Below, piece after piece: positions 1 through 10,438 of a stretch of DNA of 64,000 bases. The notes under the pieces are model-generated. The model was not told where the DNA came from and made no database searches. It was given only the letters and a program-made list of their open reading frames with translations. Origin of the DNA: Callorhinchus milii (Eukaryota); assembly GCF_018977255.1 (NCBI RefSeq), contig NW_024704746.1, forward strand, positions 65,844,001-65,908,000. Direction: 5' to 3'. Within the stretch, counting starts at the first letter, position 1, and each line of letters starts with the position of its first letter. Both the position numbers and the translations under genes were made by a program.

Positions 1-516
1 TTATTATATTATAATCATTCTATTATATCATTCTTCTTCTATATTATTATAATTATTCCATTATATTATATCATTCTTCTTCTATATTATTATAATTATT
101 CCATTATATTATAATCATTCTATTATATTATTATTCTATTATATTATAATTATCATATTATTATAATTATTCTATTATATCATTATTCCATTATATTATT
201 ATTATTCTCTTATATTATTATATTATATTATTATCACATTATAATAATCATTCTATTATATCTGTATTCCATTATATTATTATTATTCTATTATTATAAT
301 TATTATATTCCATTATTATAATTATTATATGATCTTCACATTATAATCATTCTATTATATCTGTATTCCATTGTATTATTATCCTATTATATTATAATCA
401 CCGTATTATATCATAATCATCATCATTGCCAATGTATTACAATCATTCCATTATATTACTAGTCAATCTATTGTATTATTATAATAATTCTATACTATTA
501 TTATTATTATTATTAT
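1..516. repeat. AT-rich low-complexity degenerate (TAT/ATT)n tract with recurring ATTCCATTATATTAT / ATCATTCTATTATAT units
   Basis: Almost only A/T, with repeated short units; abrupt switch to GC-rich sequence at ~530. Confidence 0.9.
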
Positions 517-567
517 CAGTATAGCTCAGTCCAGGTGGGCCACAGATGGGGGGGAGGGGGCGATGAC

Positions 568-576
568 CCGGAAGTG
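568..576 (+). promoter_or_regulatory. ETS/GABPA motif CCGGAAGTG
   Basis: Exact match to the canonical housekeeping-promoter ETS site, at the 5' edge of the CpG island. Confidence 0.6.
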
Positions 577-629
577 GTGGCGGGGTCAGTCAGGTCAGGT
601 GGGTTCGGGAGCGGAGGGAGCGAGTGGCC

Positions 630-643
630 GTTTCCATGGTTAC
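630..643. promoter_or_regulatory. RFX X-box-like motif GTTTCCATGGTTAC
   Basis: Near-palindromic match to the RFX consensus GTNRCC-AT-GGYAAC. Confidence 0.5.
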
Positions 644-899
644 CCCCCCTCCCCCCCCCGCGGTCTGTCTCGCGCACCAACCGCCTCAGTTGTGAGACTC
701 GGGGCCTCGCGCCCCCTCTTCACCCTCGAGACGGTCAACACACACCCCACACCCCCCCCGAGACCCCCTCCCGCCTCCCGGGCGGCGGCGGCCGTTCCCC
801 CCCCCTGTGTTGAAAAGGGTGGGGGGGGGAGAAGAAAAAAAGTTAGTGAGTTCGGTTCCTGGAGCGCCCGTGGACTTTAATACCTGAGAGAGAGAGAGA

Positions 900-998
900 G
901 AGGGAGAGGGGGAGAGAGAGCGCTCCGGGACCGCCAACCGCCTTCTTGTTTTTGTTTCGGTTCTTCCGTTCTCCTCCGCACATGAGGGACGAAACGAG
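900..998 (+). other. USP6NL: Putative non-coding first exon of USP6NL (3' end at 998; start unknown, 900 is a placeholder)
   Basis: Donor GAG|GTAACT at 998/999 inside the CpG island, downstream of the ETS/RFX motifs. No transcript evidence available. Confidence 0.4.
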
Positions 999-1780
999 GT
1001 AACTGTTGTATTGATTGATTTGTTTGTTTGTTTGTTTATTTGTGTGTGGTTTTTTTTTGGGAGGGGTGGGGGGAAGAAAAAAAAAGTTCGGGGGTTTGTT
1101 CGTTCCCCCCCGTCCCCCCCGTCGGTTTTTTTTTCCCCCTCCGACTCTTTTCAGGAAAGGTTCCAGAGAGAGAGAGAGAGAGTGAGTGAGTGAGAGATAT
1201 GATATGATATGAAAGGAATTCTTTCTCTTTGGAATGCGTTTTAAAACCTTCCCCTCTTCCCTCCCTCTCTCCCTTTTTTTTTCGCTCTCTCTCTCTCTCT
1301 CTCTTTTTCTCTGTGTGTGGCACAAGTTAATGGAATGGTTTGAGTCGCTATGGGGGTGGAGGAGGAGGGGGGAAGAGAGGGAAACCACAGCCACAACAAC
1401 TTAATCATAATCACCACCACAATATTAATAATAATTAATAATAATAAATAATAATAAAAGCCCTAACGGTAGACTTGTGGGGGAGGGAGAGAGAGAGAGA
1501 GAGAACGCCCTTCGGTTCTCGGGAGCGCTTCGGAAACGTTTCACGGGCGAAACGAGAGAGAGAGAGAGAGAGGGGGACGTGGGAGTGAGAGAGAGTCGAC
1601 GTGAGCGGATGAGGCGGAGAAGAGGGGAAGGAATCAAAAGTCCCGAGGAAACGTGTGCGTGAGAGAGAGAGTGAGTGAGTGTGTGAGTGAGTGGGAGAGA
1701 GAGAGAGAGAGAGACTCACTACCGCGGCCTAGCGGAGCCCTCGCCGCCTCCCTGCCTCAATCTAACTTGATGTCGGTCTT

Positions 1781-1935
1781 CGCGTCATCACGTCATCGCG
1801 TCCCTTCCCGAGCGTAGCTCTCCGATTGGCCAGGAACCCCCGGGCGCCTTGTCAATCAAGCGCCGCAGCCCCTCCCCCCCACCCCCTCGGACGCCGCGCA
1901 AGTTCGGTTGACCGGCGGGCGGGGCCGGCGGGCGG
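1781..1935. promoter_or_regulatory. Cluster of CRE/ATF-like sites (CGTCA x2), CCAAT box (ATTGG) and GC boxes
   Basis: cgcgtcatcacgtcatc at 1781-1797, ccgattggc at ~1822-1830, ggcgggcggggcc at ~1914-1926. Confidence 0.45.
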
Positions 1936-2262
1936 GTTACTCCGGTGCGCAAATGAAGGGGTGGGGGGGGGCAAAAAGGCTTCGGTTCCCCCAAACCCCT
2001 CCTCCTGATCTCTTTGTCTGCGCTGAAGGGGGTTTTGACGGAGGGAAAGTTGGGGGGTGTGTGTGTGTGGGTGTGGGGGTGGAGGGAAGGAGGGGTCTGA
2101 CTCACTCACTCACTCACTTTACCTGTAATGTAAAGAGCAAATCATTCCCTTTCTTCTTATCCCCTCCCTCCCTCCCTCTCTCCCTCCCTCCCTCCCTCCA
2201 CCCACCACCCGACCAGTAATTCCTGAATTCATTTAAAGGATAGAAAGTACAGTCAGTGTTCC

Positions 2263-2420
2263 TCCCCCCCACCCCCCCCCTCTCTCTCTCTCTCCTCTCT
2301 CCCCACCTTCTCTCTCTCTCTCTCTCTCCCCACTCCCTCTCTCCCCACTCCCTCTCTCCCCCCCACTCTCTCTCTCTCTCTCTCCCCCCACTCTCTCTCC
2401 CCCCCCCCTCCCCCTCTCTC
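2263..2420. repeat. Polypyrimidine (CT)n/Cn microsatellite tract
   Basis: Near-pure C/T on the + strand; similar (GA)n tracts at ~886-920, 1165-1197, 1480-1505, 1553-1620 and 1660-1714. Confidence 0.9.
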
Positions 2421-2780
2421 TACGACGTGTATTGGATGTCAACCCCTCTTTACCACCTTCGCATTCGGACCAACGAATTAAAACGAGTGAGTGAGTGAGT
2501 GAGAGAGAGAGAGAGAGGGTCCCCGACGCCCGACCGACCGACCGACCGTTTTTTTTCGTGTGAGTCGAAAAAGTTTTAACTTTCGGAATTGTTTTCCCTT
2601 CTCTTTCGCTGCGCCGATTTCGCCACAGACTTCGCCCCCTGTGCTGCTGCTGCTGCTGTTTTTTTTTGGCCCCCAACTTTTTTTTAAATATAATATGTGT
2701 CTTGAATCCTTGACGCTTCTGGTGGTCCCCCCCCCCCCTCCCCCTCACGAAATGAACCCAAGGAAGGTTTTTGCTGTCCA

Positions 2781-2913
2781 TGTGTGTGTGGGGGTGTGTG
2801 TGTGTGGGGGGGGGGGGTGTGTGTGGGGGGGGGATGTGTGTGGGGGTGTGTGTGTGGGGGTGTGTGTGTGGGGGGGGTGTTTATGTGGGGAGGGGTGTGG
2901 GGGTGTGTGTGTG
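2781..2913. repeat. (GT)n/Gn microsatellite with G-quadruplex potential, running into the assembly gap
   Basis: Alternating GT dinucleotides and runs of 4 or more G. Confidence 0.9.
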
Positions 2914-3219
2914 NNNNNNNNNNNNNNNNNNNNNNNNNNNNNNNNNNNNNNNNNNNNNNNNNNNNNNNNNNNNNNNNNNNNNNNNNNNNNNNNNNNNNNN
3001 NNNNNNNNNNNNNNNNNNNNNNNNNNNNNNNNNNNNNNNNNNNNNNNNNNNNNNNNNNNNNNNNNNNNNNNNNNNNNNNNNNNNNNNNNNNNNNNNNNNN
3101 NNNNNNNNNNNNNNNNNNNNNNNNNNNNNNNNNNNNNNNNNNNNNNNNNNNNNNNNNNNNNNNNNNNNNNNNNNNNNNNNNNNNNNNNNNNNNNNNNNNN
3201 NNNNNNNNNNNNNNNNNNN
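2914..3219. other. Assembly gap (306 N)
   Basis: Run of N. Confidence 1.
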
Positions 3220-3883
3220 TCATGTGGTGGTGGGTTTTTTCTGGGTATTTACCCATCCTTTAATCGGTCCGTTTCCTCTCGGATTACAAACGGTCCCGGT
3301 TGTTCCCGAATGACACTCCTTTTGACACCCAAAACCGTGGACCCGGCACCGCGAGACCCACGGGTTTGGTGTGCAGTAAAGTTGGCAATCCCAGCGGCGA
3401 AAGGAAAGACCTGGCCGCGAGAGCGAAGCGGTATTTTGACGGCAAACACGGGCTTCACGCGGACGTTTTTTGTCTCCTTAAGGGGTTTGAGGGAGGAGGG
3501 GGGGGGGAGAGAGAACAACCTGGACTCGGCTCGTGCTTTTATACGGTATCTGTCGATATAAACCTTTTTTTTTTGAAAAGATGGCCTCACCATTTTCATC
3601 ATTGGACATAGATAAATTGAGTCCGACTCTGGAGAGCGCTCGTATTTTTTTGAATGGTTCCACAAAAGCTCCCAATTCATCCCCAAAACTGTCCTCTCCC
3701 ACACAAAGCTCCACATTCCTGTTCACTCCCAATCCTTTCCCAAGCTTCGCTGGCTCTCTGCGCCCGAGCGGATAGACTTCCAAGTTTCTTGAGTTTATGC
3801 CTTCACAGCCTTATCTTCCATGTTGTCTGTAGACTTGTTGTTCTGTCTGTACTCTGATCGGTGTGTCCGGGCTTATTTGATAA

Positions 3884-4300
3884 GGACTCTCATCTCTTAA
3901 GTCAGAAGGTTGTGCTTTCTCACCCCAAGAAGGGAGTTTTATAATCCTTTTATATGGAACTTGTATAGTCTTATGCGGATGTATGCGGCGATGGGGATGT
4001 GTGGCATTGTTGGTAGGGCCATCCTTCACATGAGGCATTACACCCGAGATCCAGGGTAAAGATCCCCTGGGACTATTTGAAAAGAGAAGGGAGTTTATTA
4101 TGGTGTCCTCCCTGGCCAACAAATCCCTCAAATAAAATTGGTGACTCACTCTATGGCTGATTGTGGGACATTGCTGTGTGCAAATTGGCTGCTGCATTTG
4201 TCCACAACATATACAGTTCCACCACTTTACAGTATATTCTGTGAAGGGCTTTGAGACGTCTTGAAGACATGTTAAAGTTCTGTATCAAATGCAAGGGTAA
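3884..4300 (+). mobile_element. Old Deu-domain SINE (SacSINE1-like), degenerate
   Basis: gtcagaaggttgtg head remnant, aaagatccc..ctatttgaa, ttgtgggacattgctgtgtgcaaattggctgc core, tcaaatgcaag tail. Confidence 0.7.
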
Positions 4301-5245
4301 TAAAACTCCCTTCTTGTACCACCAATGTTGTGCCATCCTCCACCGTTTGAATATCCTATTGTAAGGAAATCATTGTGGTCATAAGCTAAATATATAAACC
4401 TCAAATCTTTTTCAAATAAGGCAAAGACAGCTTAAAAATGGTTCTGTTTGGAGAAAAATAATTCCGGTAAGTATCTGTAAAAGGGAGTACAAGCATTTAG
4501 AATTATTTTCTTCATGTATTTCTTGGCTTTGTCGCTTTTCATTGTCATCGTATGGTTAAATTGACACTCTTTCTAGCCTTTTGCTTGGGCCTACCATTTG
4601 ACTGAGGTCATCTCAGCTGACGTCCACAAATGGGTAGAAATGAGAAGGGGGAAGTTGTTGTAACTTGCATAAGTCCCAGCAGTAAATCTCTCTTCTTTAC
4701 CACCCAGCGTTGGTAGCGTTCTTGTCCTGTAGCCAGAAGATTGTGAGATCAAGCACCACCACAGACCTTCTACTTAATAGACAAACAGTCCAGTAGAGTA
4801 CTGGAGGAGTGCCATCGTTCAGTTCATTGATAAAATGCGGTTCCATCTGCCTGGTCAATTTTATGGTAAAGATCCAACTGTGCAATAGAAAAGAGTTTCT
4901 CTGCATGAAACTTTAAAGCTCATCTTTTTAACCATGCTTTTGGTTCTCTTCTCTCCGCGCGCTCTCTCCCTCTTGCTCTCCACCCCTCCCTCCCACCTGG
5001 TTTTGCCATATAAAAGCAGTCATTACACTTGATGATATGTGTCTGTGAAATACTTAGAAATGTTTCAGTGTTATAAGGTGCTATAAAAATGCAAGTTCTT
5101 TGTTTCTTTAACCTGTCTTTTTCTATCCACTTTGAGATGCTCTCCTGATGTGAAAGGTGCAATATAAATATTTTTGTTGTTTTATATGTCAAGTGCAATT
5201 AATGGACGCGTATAATGGTTTGTTTGTGTTTTTTTTAAATAGGAC

Positions 5246-5323
5246 ATGAGTTCCTTTCTCAGGATAAATAATTGCAGATCAAGACCATATTCCTATCAGA
5301 TGCAGAGGAACACACCAATATGA
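5246..5323 (+). CDS. Upstream ORF, 25 aa MSSFLRINNCRSRPYSYQMQRNTPI*, stop overlapping the main ATG
   Basis: ATG 5246-5248 reads open to TGA 5321-5323, with a second in-frame ATG at 5300. Translation is not demonstrated. Confidence 0.45.
   Translation: MSSFLRINNCRSRPYSYQMQRNTPI
5320..5323 (+). CDS. USP6NL: USP6NL first coding segment (ATG A|), isoform A
   Basis: ATG A| joined to |AT CCA GAT at 46803 gives M-N-P-D-V-E, matching the MNSDQD-type N-terminus and the phase-1 intron of vertebrate USP6NL. Confidence 0.8.
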
Positions 5324-6420
5324 GTAAGTAATGGTTTTGTTTTGAAGTGGAGATTATGTTTAAAGCATTCTCTTGGCACTGAAGAGAATGAAAATGCTTT
5401 GCAGTTATAACTTCAATTATATGTACTTGAACTAATAAAATACATCATAATATAGGGAGGCAGACTATTAAGTTTTAAAATTGCACCACTCAAACAGGTG
5501 TTAAAGATAAAATAAATTGGTCTCTTTGTTTTCAGGTTCATTTTAAAATAATTCAGAGTTTGTGATCGTAATTTTATTCTGGTGGCTTTACTTTATGAAT
5601 TGGGTTGAATACTTGAAGATCTGCAGTTGACAGATTGTTGAAATTGTTAACTGATCTGAAGTGACCAGTAGCTAATTGGAAAGAAATTGCAGTGGATTAA
5701 AACACACTTCATCTGTGTTCTGGATAACAGTACTTTCACAGTTGCAGAAGAATGCACAGAAAAATACCATTGCTGTCTATCTGTTTGAGATAGACAATCA
5801 AGGTAGTGCAAATGCGTCTCCAAGGGTCTGGTCCGAGGTAATAATTGAATATCAATTCAATACTGTTTTCAAGGATGTAGAAAAATTGATCTTAACTTAA
5901 ATAAGATTGTCAAGATTACTGCTTGTGGGACAGAGCATTGACATTCTTTTTTGTATGAATACTTGTTGGCACTTCAGGACTGCATTGTGCCAACAATTGG
6001 TTGTGATTGTTTGACCCAGTTTTTGAAAGCTATTCTTTATCATCTGTCATTAAAATATGCATTCAAAATGTTCTTTACTGATGCATTTTTTTTTTACACT
6101 CAAACTTCTGCCAATTTCATATTCTCGTCAATGTGGTTGCCAGTCCTCCATGCATTTTTCTTCTACTGGTAGAGTGGAAAAACGTGTGGCAGACTTTCTC
6201 AGACCTACTTTTTCTCTGTGGTTAGTCAGTTTCCCAAACGACGGGATGATCAATGTGCTAATTTTCCCCCTTCAAATAGTAGGCTTTGGTTCTGTTAGGC
6301 ATAACACTCAGCACTGTCTGAGATTTGACAAAGCTTTTCATGTCTGTGGCTAATATAGCAAATTTTTGTGCATTGCTGAGATTTGAGCTTAAAATTGCTT
6401 TTTTTTAAAAAAAACTACTT

Positions 6421-6780
6421 GTGGAGTCCTGTAGCTCAGTGGGTAGAGCACTTGCCTCGCGAACGAGACGACCTGGGTTCATTCCCGGGCAGGGCAAAAT
6501 GTTGGGCACGTTTCCTAACTCCACATGCCTCTGTTTAAGTAGGTACCCGGTTGTTAGCTGATTGGCCTATTGGCTTTCGGGGTAATAATCCCTTCAATAA
6601 TAATAATGATTTGTTCACTCAATCCATGACTGTTTGTGGGACACTGCTGTGCAATTGGTGGCTGGATTTTGCCAACAAAATATTCACTCAGTTCACTTAA
6701 CCGTGTATTCTGTGAAGCGCTTTGAGACGCCTTGAATACGTGATAAGACGTTATATCAAATGCAAGGATTATTATATTAT
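6421..6780 (+). mobile_element. Full-length tRNA-Ala-derived SINE, long subfamily
   Basis: GTGGAGTCCTGTAGCTCAGT A box, GGTTCATTCC B box, extra central segment, Deu-like core, TCAAATGCAAGG(ATT)n tail. Confidence 0.9.
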
Positions 6781-6899
6781 TACATTGGTAAAACAGCTAT
6801 TTTGTAGCAGGACTATCATCAGCACGACGATCTTAGTTTTTACTGCAACAGCTTATTAATTGAGGAATTAACTTTTGTTCAAAACAAAAGATTTGATTA

Positions 6900-7460
6900 G
6901 TTTTTCAACTCGCATCTGTGCTCGGACCTGCTCGGTTTCCCCACCTTTGAAACATTTCCCTCCCTCCGGACCGCTGAGATGCTCATCCGCACATTCATCA
7001 CGTCCAGACCTGATTATGCCATTGTTATGCTGGTTGGATTCCCCGGCTATTCCCTCGACAAGCGACAGACGATCCAGAATTTTGCAGCTGTGTCCTTTGC
7101 CACACCGGTCTCCCTGAGCCTATGACCCCCATCCTCGCTTGGCTGCATCGGCTCACCATTCTTCTCGTTCTCACTTTTCAATTCCTCCATGATGTCGCCT
7201 CACCTTACCTCTACAACCTCCTTAAACCCAACTGACCTGATCATTTGCTTTGCTCAGTTTTCCCAGAGGCCCTCCGGCTGGCTTGTGCCCTCATCTTGTT
7301 CAAGATCTGTCTCAAGACCTACCTCTTTGACCTCGCTTTCAATCATCCTTCTCCTCCCACCCCATTTGGCTCCCATCCCCAGCTTGGCTTCCAAGCCATT
7401 ACTGTTAGGCACCTTGGGATGTCTTCCTGATATGAAAGACGTTATATAAATGTAAATTTG
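6900..7460 (+). mobile_element. Degenerate L2 LINE 3' fragment
   Basis: C-rich ORF2-end remnants (ctcaagacctacctctttgac) and the L2 tail ttgggatgtcttcctgatatgaaagacgttatataaatg. Confidence 0.75.
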
Positions 7461-8214
7461 TAACTTGTGTGAAACACTCTTGACATTTGATGCTAGAAAT
7501 ACCGTATATCAATTTGATTATTTTGTCAAACAGTAATGGACAGTTTGAAAATGGACCACCTGAACAGAGTTTCAAATAGAGGATGGCTATTTTAATTGAG
7601 TTGCAATCTTCTGACCTGATCCAAATGGTTATTAGTGATTGTTTTCATTACATTTTAGTTCATATTTCCAGGAAATGTTCCATATTTGCTTCATGTCATT
7701 CCTTTTTATTTGAATTCCTCAAAATATAAATCTGGATTCAGCATATTCTGTAACTGTGAAAGTGCAAATTGTGGAATTTATTGTTTCAGTTTTTAGTTCA
7801 AATTTTGTGAAAGCGGTATCGAATTGATAGAGCAGCGATGTGAGTTCTTCATGCTTCCTACCATATCGTTCCAGCAAATTAAATCCACGTACAAAGGATC
7901 AAATGATCAGTTCTTACGTGTGGAGTGAATAGATATTTCAAATCCGATATGTCCTTGACTTCGGTGAGAATGTGCGATGTAAGTGGTGTGGCATATTGTG
8001 AATCAAAGACCTGATGAATGAATTAGACCTGCTTTGAAGCTTTGCTTACTGAAGTCTATGATCAGATAGACCTTGAGCATCCTTTTCAAGAAAATTCCAT
8101 CATTTTTCAGGAGATTGCCACACTTTTGACTGGAGAATAAATAGCCGGGAAGGGTGAAGTACAAGGACACTTTGTACAATGCAATCAAAGGTCTTTTCAG
8201 TTATTAGTTATATG

Positions 8215-8660
8215 TGCTACATGCCTTCGTCACCTCCCAGCTTGACCTTTACAATGCTCTGCTTACTTGCCTCTCCAGCTTCGCTCTTCACAATGTCCAG
8301 GACGTACAGAACTCTGCAGCCCATACTCTCTTGGCACCAGGTCCCACAAGTCCCCACTCTCTATCCTCCAGGAGATTAATTTTTAACCTCGTCCTTATCT
8401 TCAAATGCATTCAGAGCACCACCCTATCCCTGTGAGCTTCGGTGCTCCTATTCCTTCCACTCTGCCAACTCTGGAATGCTTCTTGTCCCCCCTCCCTCCA
8501 TTCTGCTTTGTCCCACCATCAATGGGTGATCCTACAGCTACTTTTCCTACTTCCTCTGGAGCTCTCTCCTCTGCTTGCCCCTTTTCTTGTTGCTTTGATA
8601 TCCCGCCTGAAGATCTATCACTTTGACTCTGCATTTGGGCCATTTCCCTCCCCACCCCGA
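8215..8660 (+). mobile_element. Degenerate L2 LINE fragment
   Basis: ORF 8214 translates as HAFVTSQLDLYNALL...VQNSAA, resembling the L2 ORF2 C-terminal HAFxTSRLDYCNxLL...QNxAAR motif. Confidence 0.75.
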
Positions 8661-10237
8661 CCTAGCACCCTCTTTTACTCTGTGGGTAAATGTGGTCCTC
8701 AGATTTATCCCTTGGTTTTCTTTCTCGGGTCAAAGGGTTGATCAGTGAGAGAGACAGGAATGAAATCAGTCACAGTTCCTGTTTGCTATTGAATGCCTGT
8801 TGGAAAGTGTTGGGTGTGAACAACAACAAAATTTCATGTGTATAGCGCCTTTCACGGCGGCAGGACTCGGTGGATCAGGACTGAATTCTCCGCTAGTTGA
8901 AAACTGCCAACGGGCAAGAATTCCCAAGAATGACTTGTGTCAGCCATTTGCTGACCATTCCAATAGAAAAGTGATGGCTTAGTTCACCAATTTTAACGTA
9001 CGCTCTTCAGCCTATTCCATGAATAATTCAAAGGGTAGGATAGTCTGGAGAGTTTTTTTATTTAATATACTTCCTCCTGGATGATGTATCCCAATATCTG
9101 CACTTTATACTGACTGTTTCAAAACATTTGTCTCCTGTATTACTTTGTAAACTTATACTGTGGTAGTTCATTGCGACTTGTACATTGTTAATCTTACTGT
9201 AATATAATAATCGTTGCATTTGATAGAGTGCCTGTAGGGTCAGTCACATAGATAATTATCAAATGTGTTCTTGTTGGCAAACGCAACAGCTAATTTGTGC
9301 ACAACAATGGCCCACAAACAGCTACGAAGTGAAATGACCAATTTATCTGAGGGATTGTTGGGTAGAGCCCTGGGGAAAAAGTGTCATGGGATCTTTCAAT
9401 ATCCATCGAAGCAGACAGAAAGAGTTTAGGAATTCATATAATTTAATCTCCCACCCTTCAAACTCTTGCATTCTTCAATTTATGTTGGTCTCAAAGTTAT
9501 ATTTAGTGTGTTAGGTTGTCTGCTTCAGTGAAAAAAAACCAAACCTACAGAAATAGTGTGATTGATTCATTGCCCAACGAAAAGCTGTGACTAACCTATT
9601 CATTCTACCTGAAAGGAATCTTTTAGTTTGCTCTCTGGAATTTATTGCGAGGTTTCCTGTGAATTGCTTAGCAGTTTTTATAAAGCCCAAATGTTTTTTG
9701 TAGACTTTATGATTCAAGCTATTTCAGAGATACCGAATCAAACAGTCGTGTGTCTATTCTGTCCCTTCTGCACTTGTTCATTCATGAGGTAGGCAAACGC
9801 TTTCAAAACATTCTTTGTCATCTCGTTATTTCATATTGCTTAACTTGGTAGAAAATGTTCTATAGGACTTTTCTACAGGCATTTCTTGATAGCCTACATT
9901 AGTAACATTCATCCACGTATGCCAAATTTGGTGAGAATACAGCATTATGAAGACCGAATGTGGAGTGTCCTTACAATTCATTCTCATTGTTCAGTATAAT
10001 CATTTCTGTTAGCAAAAGAGTTTCGGGTTTTAGTTGTGTAGGAGTTTTAGTAGCTGCTATCAGCAATTGATGCATTTTTACACTAGTAATTAAATAAAAA
10101 TTTCATGATGAGCCTTCTTTCAAACTAAGTCCAATTTGATCTGAATTTTTTGAACGAGAACATATTTCTGGACTTTTTTGGACTTTTCATGGTAGGGAAT
10201 ATTGGTACTGGGAATAAAAGTTTCCACCTTTGAGTGT

Positions 10238-10438
10238 AATAATAATCCCTCCAAAAGCAATAATAAATTGGTCATTTTCAATCTACGACTGTTTGTGGGA
10301 CATTGCTGTGCGCAATTGGCTGCCGCGTTCGCCCACAAATATACAGTCAATTCACTTTACAGTGTGTTCTGTGAAGCGCTTTGGGACGTCCTCCCGACGT
10401 GAAAAGCGCTATATCAAATGCAAGGATTTTATTATTAC
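10238..10438 (+). mobile_element. 5'-truncated young SINE
   Basis: Near-identical to the 3' part of the copy at 45943. Confidence 0.9.

Larger units (their letters stand above)
540..2700. promoter_or_regulatory. CpG island / promoter region of USP6NL, possibly bidirectional
   Basis: High GC and CpG density in an otherwise AT-rich, CpG-poor window; lies upstream of the start-codon exon; contains ETS, X-box, CRE-like, CCAAT and GC-box motifs. CpG-rich sequence continues past the gap to ~3560. Confidence 0.85.
5243..5323 (+). other. USP6NL: USP6NL exon carrying 5' UTR and the start codon (81 nt)
   Basis: Acceptor ttttttttaaatAG at 5241-5242; exon ends ATGA followed by a perfect GTAAGT donor at 5324. 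Confidence 0.8.

Noticed and set aside
1-516. Possible CRISPR-like or satellite array
   Set aside because: No constant repeat with unique spacers; it is degenerate AT-rich simple sequence in a eukaryotic context.
592-639. Minus-strand ACCATGG strong Kozak start
   Set aside because: The frame closes after 15 codons, and the ATG is the centre of the X-box palindrome.
535-3561. Long ORFs (up to 333 aa) over the CpG island
   Set aside because: They translate microsatellites, G/C runs and the N gap into low-complexity peptides with no recognisable domain.
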